From: the human T2T-CHM13v2.0 reference genome, Homo sapiens
NCBI RefSeq assembly: GCF_009914755.1
Contig: NC_060940.1
Length of the DNA: 64,000 nt
Strand: one strand, 5' to 3'
This document shows positions 39,118 to 54,098 of the stretch, piece after piece; position 1 is the stretch's first letter; every line of letters begins with the position of its first letter. The notes beneath the pieces are model-generated. The model ran no database searches and had not been told where the DNA came from. It saw only the letters and a program-made list of their open reading frames with translations. Made by a program: the position numbers and the translations under genes.

Positions 39118-39422
39118 GGCCCGGTGCAGTGGCTCACACCTGGAATCCTAGCACTTTGAGAGGCCGAGGCGGGTGGACTGCTTGAGCTCAGGAGTTTGAG
39201 ACTAGCCTGGGCAACATGGTGAAACCCCATCTCTACAAAAAATTACAAAAATTAGTTGGGCGTGGTGACTCATGCCTGTAGTCCCTGCCACTTAGTGGGC
39301 TGAGGTGGGAGGATTGCTTGAGCCCGGGAAGCAGAGGTTGCAGCCAGCTCTGATCGTGCCACTGCACTTCAGCCTGGGTGACAGAGTGAGACTTTGTCTC
39401 CAAAAAAAAAAAAAAAAAAAAA
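39118..39422 (+). mobile_element. AluJ-like
   Basis: Full dimer. Confidence 0.9.
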
Positions 39423-39479
39423 GAGAGAGAGAGAGAGAGAAATACTAAATAAGCAGCACAAACCAATGGGGTACTAGGC

Positions 39480-40547
39480 CAGGGCTCCCAACTTGAGGTT
39501 TGTGGGTAGAATTCAGAGGGTCCATAAACCTGCCTCATTTTCTCTGATTGCTAACTAAAATTTAGCATTTCCTTCTATTATAAATGGAAGCAACAAACCA
39601 CAGTAGTATTTGCAATATCTGTGATTTTTGTCACCGATATAAATCACGATATTTTCATATCTCATTACAATCATAGCAGACATCTCATTATATTGTACGT
39701 GTGCATCACTAATTGGAATTACATAGTTATTAGACTCACCACTAAATCTTGTTATTTGATGCATTAGTAAAGATTCACATATTACTATGACACAAATTTG
39801 GTGAGTTTTTTTATATTTTGATAACCATATTTTAGTATAATTGGTTTCCTTTGTAATTCCATGCACTTTATTTTTTGCATAGATAAATAATTTAAACAAT
39901 ATTACAAAGAACAATCAATCAAATCTAGTATAGAATATTTCATAGCCTAAATAACATTTTCCCAAAACTGAATGGACCAAAAATAAAAAGTGCTAATGGT
40001 TAAATATTGTTTTGGAGTTAGAAAGATTTATATATATAAAAAAGGAAATATGTGAATTTTGGGCCTTAATTTAAACAAACAAACTGCCAAAGGGAATCTT
40101 TAAGGCAATAGGGAAAATTTGAGTATAACTAGTATGATGATACTTAAGCTATAGTTGTCTAATATGAAGATTACTAAGTAGAAGAAGTTATATAATATGT
40201 TTACTAGCAGATTTATAATTGTAAACATATTTACCTATAGGTTGAGATAAACGTCTGACACCAAGAAGATCTCAGTTTAAATAAAATAAGGGCATGCAAT
40301 AATACTTTAAAAAAAGTAAGTTATATTGAGAACAAGTTATGTTATTCAGTTTGAGTTGAATAGAAGATCAATATTAGTAGGCATATTTAGGTTTGTTGCC
40401 CAGAAAGCTAATGTAATCATCCATTAATAAACATATCTTCTCCAAAAAAAAAAAAAAAAAAAAAAGGATATTGTTCTCAGAAGGAGGTCATAGACTCCGC
40501 CAGATGCCAAAAGGGTACATGGTACCAAAAAGAGGTCAGGGTCCAGC
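39480..40547 (+). mobile_element. Charlie4a-like hAT element split by an insert (pieces 39480-39880 and 40466-40547)
   Basis: AAATTTAGCATTTCCTTC, CAACAAACCACAGTAGTATT and ATAATTGGTTTCCTTTGTAAT, then GCCAAAAGGGTACATGG after the insert. Confidence 0.78.
39881..40465 (+). other. Polyadenylated insert of unknown origin (candidate retrocopy or orphan transduction)
   Basis: AATAAA at 40426-40431, 12 nt, then A22 at 40444-40465; interrupts Charlie4a. Confidence 0.6.
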
Positions 40548-40950
40548 GTGGGGTTAATTCAGTGGGTAACTGACTGGGCCTAAGAAGAAACAGACTGAAC
40601 CAAGGACAAGCCCACTGTTACCACCTTTTAGGAGGGAAACACTAACTTACCATCGGAAAGAACGGTGAATTCACCGGCTAACATTTGTGTGCAGAAATCC
40701 CCTGACAACCGCAGGATTCAATGTTCCTAAAAACATATGTTCATTGGCAAGATCGAGGTCTCAGAGGAAATTCCGTGTTGAGCACTAAGTGATCTCACAT
40801 CTGCTGGGTTCAAAGCATGGACTCTGGAGCCAGACTCTCTCTGTTTGTATCCAAGCTCCACCAGTTAGGACCTGTGTGAATTTGGATGAGTTATTTCCCC
40901 TCGATGTATCTCAGTTTCCTTGTCTGTAAAACAGGAACCAAAGAGCCTAG

Positions 40951-41422
40951 TGGTGGCTGGCAGAATAATGTCCCTTCAGAGATGTCTGTGTCCTAATTCC
41001 TGGAACCTATGAATATGTTAGATTCTACAGCAAAAGGGAATCAAAGTTGCAGATGGAATCAATGTTGACCTTAAAACCAGGAGGTTGTGCAGGTAGAACC
41101 GATGTAATCAAAAGGGTCCTTAAGTGTGGAAGAGGGAGGAAGAAGAGAATCAGAGAGAGATTTAAAGATGTTATGCTAGTAGCTCTGAATATGGAGAAAG
41201 AGGCCACAAGCCAAGGACTGCAGGTGGTCTCTAGAATTTGGAAGAGGCAAAGGTTCTCCCCAGAGCCTCCAGAAATAATGCAGCCCTGTCAATGCCTTGA
41301 TATTAACCAAGTGAGACCTCTTTGGGACTTCTGACCTCCAACACTGTAAGATAATAATTTGGATTGTTCCAAGCCACTAAGTTTGTGGCAATTTGTTACA
41401 GCAGCAATAGGAAATGAATACA
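40951..41422 (+). mobile_element. MaLR LTR (MLT1D-like)
   Basis: GGCAGAATAATG start; AAGCCACTAAGTTTGTGG...GGAAATGAATACA end. Confidence 0.85.
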
Positions 41423-41671
41423 CAGTTTTAAAGATTTTTGTGAGGATCAATAAATGCATTCATTTATGTAAAGCCCTTAGAACAGTTCCTGGCACATAAT
41501 TGGTGCAATATACCATTAATTTTATAGAAATGGTGAATAAAAATTAGAGAATTAATCACTTCCAAAATAAACTGGATCCACTCAAGTCAAAGCCTTGCTC
41601 TGTTTTGCAACCCTTAATGAATTCATGGATCTAGGCATTATCATACAGCAGATAGATAACATCACAAATGA

Positions 41672-41990
41672 GGCTGGGCATGGTAGCTCATGCCTGTAGT
41701 CCCAGCAAATTAGGAGGCCAAAGTGGGAGGATCACTTGAGCCCAGGAGTTCCAGACCAGCCTAGGCAACACAGTGAGACCCCATCACTACAAATTAGTTT
41801 TGTAAAAAACTAACCGGGTATGTTAGTGCATGCCTGTGGTGCCAGCTACTCAGGAGGCTGAGGTAAGATGACTACTTGAGCCTGCAAGGTCAAAGCTGCA
41901 GTGAGCCATGATCATGCCACTGCACTCCAGCCTGGGCAACTGAGCAAGACACCATCTCAAAAATTAAATAAATAAATAATAAAAATAATT
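41672..41990 (+). mobile_element. AluJ
   Basis: Full dimer. Confidence 0.9.
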
Positions 41991-42169
41991 TTAAAAAATA
42001 AAAACACAATGGGAGATAACCAGACATCAGTTACCTCCTCATGGAAAAACATAACAATCTAAAAAGTGGTCTTGCTAAAAAAAAAAAAAAAAGAAAAAGA
42101 AAAAATCAGACCTAAATCTGATAAAAATGTATAGATACAACTTATCAACTTACAGAAATGTGGACAATG

Positions 42170-42480
42170 GGCCAGGCACGGTGGCTCCCACCTGTAATCC
42201 CAGCACTTCGGGAGGCTGAGGTGGGTGGATCACAAGGTCAGGAGTTTGAAACCAGCTTGGCTAAGAGACCAGCCTGGCCAATAAGGTGAAACCCCGTCTC
42301 TACTAAAAATACAAAAATTAGCGGGGCGTGGTGGTGGGTGCCTGTAATCCCAGCTACTTGGGAGGCTGAGGCAGGAGAATTGCTTGAACCCGGGAGGCAG
42401 CGGTTGCAGTGAGCCGAAGATCACACCATTGCACTCCAGCATGGGTGACAGAGTGAGACTCCAACTCAAACAAAAAAGAA
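42170..42480 (+). mobile_element. AluS with an internal 17-bp tandem duplication
   Basis: GAAACCAGCTTGGCTAA GAGACCAGCCTGGCCAA. Confidence 0.9.
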
Positions 42481-42790
42481 AGAAAGAGAGAGGAAAAAAG
42501 GAAGGAAGGAAGGAAGGAAGGAAGGAAGGAAGGAAGGAAGGAAGGAAGGAAGGGAGGGAGGGAGGGAGGGAGGGAGGGAGGGTAGGGGAGGGAGGGAGGG
42601 AAGGAAGGAAGGGAGGAAGGAGGGAAGGAAGGAAGGAAAAGAAAGAAGGAAGGAGGGAAGGAAGGAAGGGAGGGAGGGAGGGAGGGAGGGAGGAATGAAA
42701 GAAAGAAAGACAGAAAGGAAGGAAGAGAAAAAGAAAGAAAGAAAGAAAGAAAAAGAAAGAAAGAAAAGAAAGAAAAGTGGAAGATGAAGG
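42475..42790 (+). repeat. Polypurine (GGAA)n/(GGGA)n/(GAAA)n microsatellite
   Basis: 13 consecutive GGAA at 42500-42551, followed by GGGA runs. Confidence 0.95.
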
Positions 42791-42853
42791 AATGCACTAA
42801 AGGACACCACAGAGATGCAACTGGCAATGTCTAGACTGCGGGGGACTCTACAG

Positions 42854-43012
42854 CAGTGCTTCTCAAACTTAATTGTGCATACAAAACACCCAGGGACCTT
42901 GTGAAAATGTAGTTTCTAACCCAGGAGGTCTGGGATGGGATCTGAGATGCTGCATTTCTACCGAGTTCCCAGGTGATGCTGATGATCCTGGTTCACTGAC
43001 CACATTTTGAAT
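42854..43012. mobile_element. MER5B-like MITE
   Basis: CAGTGCTTCTCAAACTT...TGCATTTCTA...CCCAGGTGATGCTGATG. Confidence 0.8.
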
Positions 43013-43158
43013 TACACAAGATGAATAACCTATTTTTCCAGCAATAAAAGAACTGAAGGGGAAACCTATAGATTAAAAGACACATGAGCCAATCACTATG
43101 TGTAGGACTTTAGTTGGATTCTGATTCAAAGAAATTATTATTAAAATGTATTAGGCAG

Positions 43159-43435
43159 AGCCGGGAGTGGTGGCTTATGCCTGTAATCCCAGCACTTTGG
43201 GAGGCCAAGGCGGGCGGGCAGATCACTTGAGGCCAAGAGTTCAAGACCATCCTGACCATATGGCAAAACCTTGTCTTTACTAAAAATACAAAAACTAGAC
43301 TAGCCAGGTGTGGCGGCATGCACCTGTAATCCCAGCTACTGGGGAGGCTGAGGCACGAGAATGACTTGAACCCAGGGGAAAGAGGTTGCAGTGAGCCGAG
43401 ATTGTGCCACTGCACTTCAGCCTGGGTGAGAGAGC
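43159..43435 (+). mobile_element. AluS lacking its 3' end, fused to L1
   Basis: Ends GGGTGAGAGAGC and runs directly into L1 sequence. Confidence 0.9.
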
Positions 43436-43920
43436 TTACTGCAGCACTATTTACAATAGCAAAGACTTGGAACCAACCTAAATGCCCATCAATGATAGAC
43501 TAGTTAAAGAAAATGTGGCACATATACACTATGAAATACTATGCAGACATAAAAAAGAATGAGTTCGTGTCCTTTGCAGGGACATGGATGAAGCTGGAAA
43601 CCATCATTCTCAGCAAACTAACACAGGAACAGAAAACCAAACACCACATATTCTCACTCATAAGTGGGAGTTGAACAATGAAAACACATGGACGCAGGGA
43701 GGGGAACATCACATACCGGGGCCTGTTGGGGGGTGGGGGTCAAGGGGAGGGAGAGCATTAGGACAAATATCTAATGCATGCTGGGCTTAAAACCTAGATG
43801 ACGGGTTGATAGGTGCAGCAAACCACCACGGCACTTGCATACCTACGTAACAAACCCGCACATTCTGCACATGTACCCAAGAACTTAAAGTAAAATAAAA
43901 ATAAAAAAGAAAGAAAAAAT
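43436..43920 (+). mobile_element. 5'-truncated L1 (L1PA8-like)
   Basis: GCATTAGGACAAATATCTAATGCATGCTGGGCTTAAAACCTAGATGACGGG 3'UTR; A-tail. Confidence 0.9.
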
Positions 43921-45699
43921 TGTATTAGGCAGTAAGTAACCTGAACGGTGACTGGATAGTTGATGTTCTAAGGAATCATTGTTAATGTTTTGGGTGCACT
44001 GATGGTATTGTGCCTATGTTTTTAAGAGTTTATCTTTTCAAGATACACATTGTAATATTTACAGATGAAATGGTAGTGACTGGAATTGGCTTCAAAATAA
44101 TGTATGTGGGGAAAACAGGTAGAGGTATAAGCAAAACTGGGCATGAGTTGTCCATTGTTGAAGCCAGGTAGTGAGTCCTGAGAATTCATTGTGCTATTCT
44201 TCTACTTTCATATACCTTTGGAATTTCCCATCATAAAATTATTTTTAAGACATATTTCTTAAAATCTTCTCTGCTAGCTAATCCTTCTCTTGAACCACAT
44301 TCTTCAAAGGTTCTCCTGCGGCCCATAAGTTATAAAGAGCTCATAAGTTATAAAGAGTCTGTGACTTTTAGCAGTTACAGACTTGAAATCTCATGTTTTT
44401 CATGCTGGCATTCCCTCTGGTTTCCTTTTTGCAAGTCTCAGCAAAATACTTTGTGTACCCACCTAATTATCACAGTCCTTAAGGCACGTACCCCTTGACC
44501 CAGTCTTCTGTCTGTTACCGGGATGTTTCTGGCACCTGAAATGCTTTTCTGCAGAACTGCTCATGGCAGCTCCTCCCTCCCCTTCTGTTCAATTGGCCCT
44601 GCTCAGAGGGGCCTCCACTGACCACTCAATATAAGCAGACATCCCAGTGTCTCTCTGTGGCAATGCCTCAGGGCACTCTCAGCATCTGAGATGATCTTGT
44701 TCATTTATTCATCCGCTTTATTTTCTCCTTCTTCACACAACACTCCCTCATTCTCCCCTTATAATGTATTCAACAGGAAGACAGGGACCTTGCCTGTTCA
44801 TTGCTGCAGACTCAGAATGTAACACACTAGCAGGCACAGCACAGAATGAGTGAGTAAATGAATGCTATAGCTGTGTGCATAGCTCCATAGACCTAGAAAA
44901 TCAACTGCATTCTTGCTAAGAGGCATATACACATCCATATATCTGGATCACACGTTTGCAGTCTTTCTCATCAAATCATGGACCAATGGAGCTGCACATC
45001 CCAGGCCAATAGAGCTCTATAGCCCATTTCTTTCAAGAGAAGAGTAGCTCCCTGCGAACTTTCATTGGACACCTGAGCTCTTGACTCACAATAATTGGTC
45101 ACAAGAAGGTCTCTGTGCAAATCAGAGATGGTGGGACTCAAAATGTCTGTGGTCACAGATCCAAATGCACTACTCCATTATTTAGAAGGCCCTCAATACC
45201 CACCTAACAAACCCTATGCCAGGGTCTAATCAAAGAACCGGGTACTGCATTGAAAGTTGGGATTTGGACTGGTCTATTGGAAAAGAAGGGTTTTCAGATA
45301 GAGGCTTCACTCTGTATTTCAGCTTCATCAGCTATGGGCTGGAAAATGGTTATAGTGTCCTGGAGACTAATGAACGTGGATTTGAATCTCTGCTTCTCCT
45401 TTATTAGCTGTGTGACCTTAGCTAAGTGATATCACTTCTATGATCCTCGGTGGCATTTATATAATGGGAATAACAATAATGATATCTACCTTGTAGATTT
45501 GTTGTGAAAATTAAATGAGATGATAGAAATAAATATTTCATCTAGTGCCTGGCATAGAGCAAATGTAATAAAATTTATCTATTACTACTACTGCTGCTGC
45601 TACTGCTACCACTATCTTCTGATCTTGGAAGAGTCACTTAATTCCTCCAATTCTCAGTAGACTCTTCTCTAAGAAGAAATAACAATGTCCTAGATCCAC

Positions 45700-46050
45700 A
45701 GAAAGTCTGGTGCTTCTCTCCCTTATTTTCTTTAGTTCTCTGCTCAGATACCACTTTTGCAAAGAGAGCTTCCCTGACCAGTGTCCCCCTCCCACATAAA
45801 ATAGTCCACACTCTCTCCATCTCATTACTCAGCTTGGTTTTTCCTCCTAGGACATATCCGCCTGATTTGTACTTACCTGTTTAATGTCTGTCTTGTCTTC
45901 CTTGTCAGAAAGTCAGCCCCAAGAGAGAAGAGGCTTTGTCCATTGTGTTCAATGCTTATTCCTGGGGCCCAGAACAATGTCTGGCATATAAAGACACTCA
46001 ATGAATATTTCTTGTGGAATGAATGAATGAATGAATGAATGAATGAATGA
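45700..46050 (+). mobile_element. L2 3' end with (GAAT)n tail
   Basis: CTTCCCTGACCA...TGTCTGGCATATA...CTCAATGAATATTT followed by GAAT repeats. Confidence 0.7.
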
Positions 46051-46839
46051 AATTAGGTAACTTGGGACCATAACTATCCAGTCCCTGCATTGCTGTTCAA
46101 TAGATATTAGCTTCCTTCCTTCCCTCCTTCCTTCCTTCCTTCCATCCTTCCAAGGCCAGAAAAAAGAACAATAAGTGAGAGAAAAACGCCTATCGGCCTC
46201 TTTTTTCCCTGCTTCTCCTCCAAGCATCATGCAAACAATCAAAACAAAAATGCAGCAGCAGGTGCCAAGAAGTCAGGTGCATCCTTCATCCCCAGTCAGT
46301 CTTTCCTGGCTCTGAAATGTTTGCAGGAGCAAGGTGCCCCCGAGGCACACTGCTTTAAATGAGTCCAGGCAGGATTTAGACAGCTGCTCTGTAACCCCAA
46401 TAAACGATGTCTGTCTAACTTTACGCAGGGGCACTGAGGGTTAGGGTTGTATGGCTCTTGGGGTCTCTGAAGTAGAAAATCAATGGGTTTGATGTATGGC
46501 CCCATTTATGGCACCTGAAACAGAACATCCACTACCAGGTCGGCTACCATCAAACCTCTCCTAATATAACAATACAAGCCATCTCTGAGCCTTGAAAACC
46601 TCTTTACAAAGCCAGTGGTCAAAGAGTAGAACCGTCTTTTTCAACAGCAATCAGTGAAGATGATCATGTCACTCTCCTGTGGCCAACCCTCCCCTGGCTT
46701 CTGATCGCACTAGGAATGAAGTGCAAACTCTTCTCCCAGGATCTCACCAGGTCAGCACAGCCTGGCCTCACGTGTCTCTTCACCATCTCAGACCATTCTC
46801 CTGTCTTGCTCCACTCCAACTGCATTCATCTCTGTGTTC

Positions 46840-47319
46840 CCAGGCACGTGCCACCACACCTGGCTAATTTTTTTTTTTTTTTCTTGGTGGAAACAGATTC
46901 TCAACATGCTGCTCAGGCTGATCTCAAATTCCTGGTCTCAAGTGATCCTCCTGCCTCAGCCTCCCAAAGTGCAAGGATTAAAGGCATGAGCCACTGTGCC
47001 CAGCTGCATTTTATTTTATTTGATTTTATTATTATTATTATTTTTGAGATGGAGTTTCACTCTTGTTGCCCATGCTGTGGTACAATCTCGGCTCACCACA
47101 ACCTCCACCTCCCGAGTTCAAGTGATTCTCCTGCCTCAGCCTCCTGAGTAGCTGGGATTACAGGCATGCGCCACCACACCCGGCTAATTTTTTATTTTTA
47201 ATAGAGACAGGGTTTCTCCATGTTGGTCAGGCTGGTCTCAAACTTCCAATCTCAGGTGATCTGCCCACCTCGGCCTCCCAAAATGCTGAGATTATAGGCA
47301 TGAGCCGCCATGCCCAGCC
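46840..47319 (-). mobile_element. Two adjacent antisense Alus (partial 46840-47004; full ~47030-47319)
   Basis: Antisense Alu arms; CTGCATTT flanks. Confidence 0.88.
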
Positions 47320-47344
47320 TGCATTTCATTTTTCTAAGACAAAA

Positions 47345-48180
<836 letters not shown>

Positions 48181-48193
48181 TCACACTATCCCA

Positions 48194-48705
48194 GGCTGGA
48201 CACAGTGGCTCATGCCTGTAATCCCAGCACTTTGGGAGGTTTGGGAGGTCAAGACAGATGGGTCATTTAAGGCCAGGAGTTCAAGACCAGCCTGACCAAC
48301 ATAACAAAACCCCATCTCTACTAAAAATCTTTTAAAAAGCTAGTCAGATGTGGTGGTGCACACCTGTAGTCCCAGCTATTCAGGAGGATGAAGCACGAGA
48401 ATTGCTTGAACCTAGGAGGCAGAGGTTACAGTGAGCTGAGATTGTACCACTGCACTCCAACCGGGACAACACAGCAAGAGACTCTGTCTCAAAAAAAAAT
48501 TTTTTTAATCATGCTACCTAGCCCAGGCAACACAGTGAGACCTGTCTCTACAGAAAAATAAAACAATTCGCTAAATGTATGCTACTCTCAGCTACTCAGG
48601 AGTTTGAAGTGAGAGGATTGCTGGAGCATGGGAGGCAGAGGTGGCAGTGAGCCAAGTACCTCTGCACTCCAGCCTGGGCGACAGAGATCCTACCTCAAAA
48701 ATAAA
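48194..48705 (+). mobile_element. Alu followed by a partial Alu
   Basis: Dimer to ~48500 and a truncated, diverged Alu at 48517-48705. Confidence 0.85.
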
Positions 48706-49229
48706 AATCGCAGTACAAAAACAATTTTAAGAGGAGGGGTGTAGAGTATTTTATCCAAAGGCATGAGATAAACTAGCTCATTGATCCATTTTCTTTCTTT
48801 GTCCTGGGTGATCTCTGAGCCTCACCTAGTAAGAGTTAATATTTATGCCAGGCACCATTATAAGCACTTCGCCAGTGTTTCCTTCATTTAATCCTCTCTA
48901 CCGTCCTACAAGATGGGGAGCCTAATCATCTCCATTTAAAGGATGAGAAAACAGAGGCCCAGAGAGGTTTCGTGACTTAACCTACAAAGTCTGACTCCAG
49001 AGTCTAGGCAATTTTCCAGACCACTTTTCCCACAAGACTTGACCTCACCCTTTGATATTCAAAATAGGCTCCTCAGATCTACATAAAATATTCTAAAGTA
49101 TCAGGAATGTATAAGTCAGGTTAAGGAGAATAAACTTTTTTTTCTGTATTCACCCCATCTTTGTTGAAAAAGTGCTGTTACTGGCTTCAAGGCCTGCAGG
49201 CTACATTGCTTAACACAGGTGTACTAAGT

Positions 49230-49410
49230 TAAAGTTCAGCAAACTTCTGTAAAACTCCATAAAAATTAATCTTTGAGGCTTTAGGGGCAGATGGCGTATG
49301 TTGCAACTACTTGACTCTGCCGTTGTCGCACAGAAGCAGTCATAGACGAGAAGTAAATGAATGGCCTTGACCGTGTGCCAATAAAACTTTATTTACAACA
49401 ACAGGCACTG
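49230..49410 (+). mobile_element. MER58-like fragment
   Basis: GTTGCAACTACTTGACTCTGCCGTTG and CCAATAAAACTTTATTTACAA. Confidence 0.75.
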
Positions 49411-49704
49411 GGTTTGGTGGCTCCTGAAAGGGTTAAACACAGAATTGCCATATGACCCGGCAACTCCCCTCTTAGGCATGGGCCGAAAATAATTACAAAT
49501 AGGAGTTCAAACAAAAACTTGTACACAAATGTTCACAGCAGCCCTATTTATAGTAGCTAAAAGGTGGAGACAATCCAAAGATCAATCAACTGAAAAATGG
49601 ATGCACAAAATGTGGCATATGCATCCAATGGAATAGTATTCAGCCATGAATAGGAAGTATGGACGCATACTGCCAGGTGGATAAACCTGGAGAACAATAT
49701 GCTA

Positions 49705-50039
<335 letters not shown>

Positions 50040-50208
50040 GACCATGCAATGCATGACTCTCCATTGATATAAATTGTCCAGAATAGGCAAATCCACAGAC
50101 ACAGAAGGTAGCTTGGTGGTTGCCGAGGACTGAGGAGAAGAAAATTGAGAACACCTGCTCAACAGTTATGGGCTTTCTTTTTGGAGTGATGAAAATGTTC
50201 TGGAACTA

Positions 50209-50598
<390 letters not shown>

Positions 50599-51344
50599 GT
50601 GAATGTCCTAAATGCCACTGAATTGTATGTTTTTAAATGGTTAACTTTACGTTGTGTGAATTTTCTCTCAATTTTAAAAAATGTTTTAAAAAAACAGGTG
50701 GCTGATTGCTTTTGGCACACAGACCAAAGTTTGTTGCCCCCTATTCTAAGCCAAACAGCCAAGAAGGGGAGAAACAGAAGCATACTATGACCTATATGCA
50801 AAATATTCAAAGCCATTCATTTACCAGTGCTTGGGGAAGAAGCGTGTATCGTATGCAGTCTTATACCTCCCTGAAATTAACATCAGGCACCACCCTTGGA
50901 CCTGAGAAGATAGGAAAGCTCCTAGGACTCGGTGCCCACACTGAAGCCTGAATCAGGGAGGAGAGGGCATTTCATTTACAGCACATGCTATAGCTTGAGG
51001 TGAGGTGGCACAGTCTCTCTGCAAAACCAAAACAAGTTTAATACGATCAGACTGCAGAAGGAGATGGAGTGAGGAGAGATAAAGCCAGATGAGGAAATAA
51101 GGGTCATGGCATTAAGACATGATAAGAAATCTGGATTTTATCCTGAGCGCAATGGGAAGCCTATCAAGGTTTTTCAGCAAAGGAGGTGGAAAGCCAGACT
51201 TGCTTTTTAGAAACATGATTCTCAGTGTATCCAGATAATGGATTGGGAGAGAGAGATGCTAGAAACCAGGAGAGGTTTTGCAGAAAATCTTGAGTGGCTT
51301 ACGGTGCACAAATAAAGCTTCAAGACAACTCAGGAAAGTTGGCC

Positions 51345-51475
51345 TAAGGCAGGAGGCTCGCTTGAACCCAGAAGTCTGAGGCAGCAGTGAGCCATGATAG
51401 TACCAATGCACTCCAGCCTGGATGTCAGAGCAAGACGCTGCCTCTAAAAAAACTTTAAAAATTAAAAATTAAAAA
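51345..51475 (+). mobile_element. Partial Alu right arm
   Basis: AGGCAGGAGGCTCGCTTGAACCC...CACTCCAGCCTGG. Confidence 0.8.
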
Positions 51476-53336
51476 AGTTGGCCTATTGAAGGTTTTCCAC
51501 CTCTGACAGACTCCTCTTTCAAACAGGAGAATAAAGAAACTTCTTTATTTTTCCAAAAAAAAAAAAAAAATCCAATAAGGACCTCATAAGGGGTCCAGCT
51601 GCCAAGCATAGGAGTTGAGCAGAGCAAAAATGACAGGGAAATAAAACATAAAATGAGAATCTATTTCGCACTTTTAACCGAGGCCAATAGATAGAAAAGA
51701 GCTTGCAGTTTTCCATGAATAACAACTGATGCAGGCAATAATGCTAATTATTATTATTACGTATGTTAATAATGATATTCAATTGAACTGCTTAAACAGA
51801 GGATGCCTCGGAGGGCAAAGATAGTCTAAGGAATTCCATTATGAAAATTTCATTTTCAGCCCATAGCCTCCTTAATATCACTAATTAATATTCTTTCCCT
51901 AAACAAATGCGGGTGGAGGAGGTTGGCAAAGTACAGAAGTAGCACTTATCACAGGAAACGGTAGAGAATAAACAGGATAAAAGGACTGAGGTCACATTTG
52001 TGATTATTATCATAATAAAATGCTTCGGAGGAACGACTTGGCAAAGCTTACCTGCACCATATGCCTGGCAGACTAGCAGCTTCAAAACAATCGCAAAATT
52101 AAAACAAGTCTTAGGGTCAGTTGCTGAGTTTAAACATTAGGAAAACACTTATTTTCCTCCAGTAACCAACACATGGCAGGTTTTTGTATTCTGGGTTTTG
52201 GGGATTCGGTTTTGGTTTTGTTTTTTCATTAGCTTGGTTTTGATTGTATGTTTGCTTTACATGCTGGCATTTAATTCTGTAACCAGGTTTCCTCTGTCTC
52301 GTTCACAATCTTTTTCAAATATACACCTGAGAGCAGCGGATTCCTGGTGCCGCTGAGGCAGTGACTCACAGGAGTTAAAAGTGTGAGCTCTAGAGTCTGT
52401 GGAATGTGTTCAACTTCTGATTCTGCTCTTTAACCAGCTATGGCCTTAATCGCTCCATGCTTCCATTTCCTCATCTATAAAATGGGTATGACAGGACCAT
52501 CTAACCTTGTAGGATTTTAAAGGATAATTGTGCTGAGACAATTTAGCCTGGCACTTGACATACATTTCAGTAAGTGGTAGTTATTATGGAATTATTATGC
52601 TGCATCCCTTCCCCTGCCCACATTGACAAATAACCCACACTAAATCAGATCCTACACCTAGACCACTGGCTTTCAACAAATGTGTTTTTTGTATATGAAA
52701 GAATACATGATCCTGGCAACTATTCTGGTCACTTCAAATCCTCACCCAGCTTTTGGAACCATCTTACTTTCACTAGTGTAAATAATAAGTGGGTGGTCCT
52801 GTGTGTCAATCATATAAGTCCCATGTCACAGAGAGAGAGAGAGAGAGAGAGAGATTAAATCTCTGGAAAGGGACAAAGATGGAACAGAGCCTCAGACCAT
52901 TAACCTAGAGAGCAGGGGTCAGAGGGAAGGGAAAATGTCAATCATTTCTTAAGTGTGCTCTGGGAAGAAAGTTTAAAATATAGATAGTAAAGGATTCTTT
53001 GGGGCTTTAGGGCAACAGTAAATGTTGCCATTCATTACTAATAATAACCATTATAATAACCACCACCCATCACGTGTTTACTATGTGCCAGGTATTTCTT
53101 TGGCTTAGTGCTTTAAATACATTATCTCATTTAATCGTCATGACAGTACTATCAGGTCTAGATTTATTATATTCTCTATCTTATTTTAAGGAAATTGGAA
53201 GCCTAGAGATGATGAGTAATTTTCCCAGATTATCCGCCTGGGTGTCTGGTTCTAAAAACCCAAGTATTTAACCACTATGCTATATCACCTCTCAAGTAAA
53301 TAGAGACCTTTAGACAAACATCGTGAGAGTATCACC

Positions 53337-54098
<762 letters not shown>

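Larger units (their letters stand above)
41530..44240 (+). mobile_element. Ancient L1ME/MD-like 3'UTR, fragmented by Alus, MER5B and L1PA
   Basis: GGATCTAGGCA, GATTCTGATTCAAA, AATATTTACAGATGAAAT and CATTGTTGAAGC motifs. Confidence 0.6.

Noticed and set aside
42354-42827. PSLP/GRKE repeat ORFs
   Set aside because: Translations of the GGAA/GGGA microsatellite.
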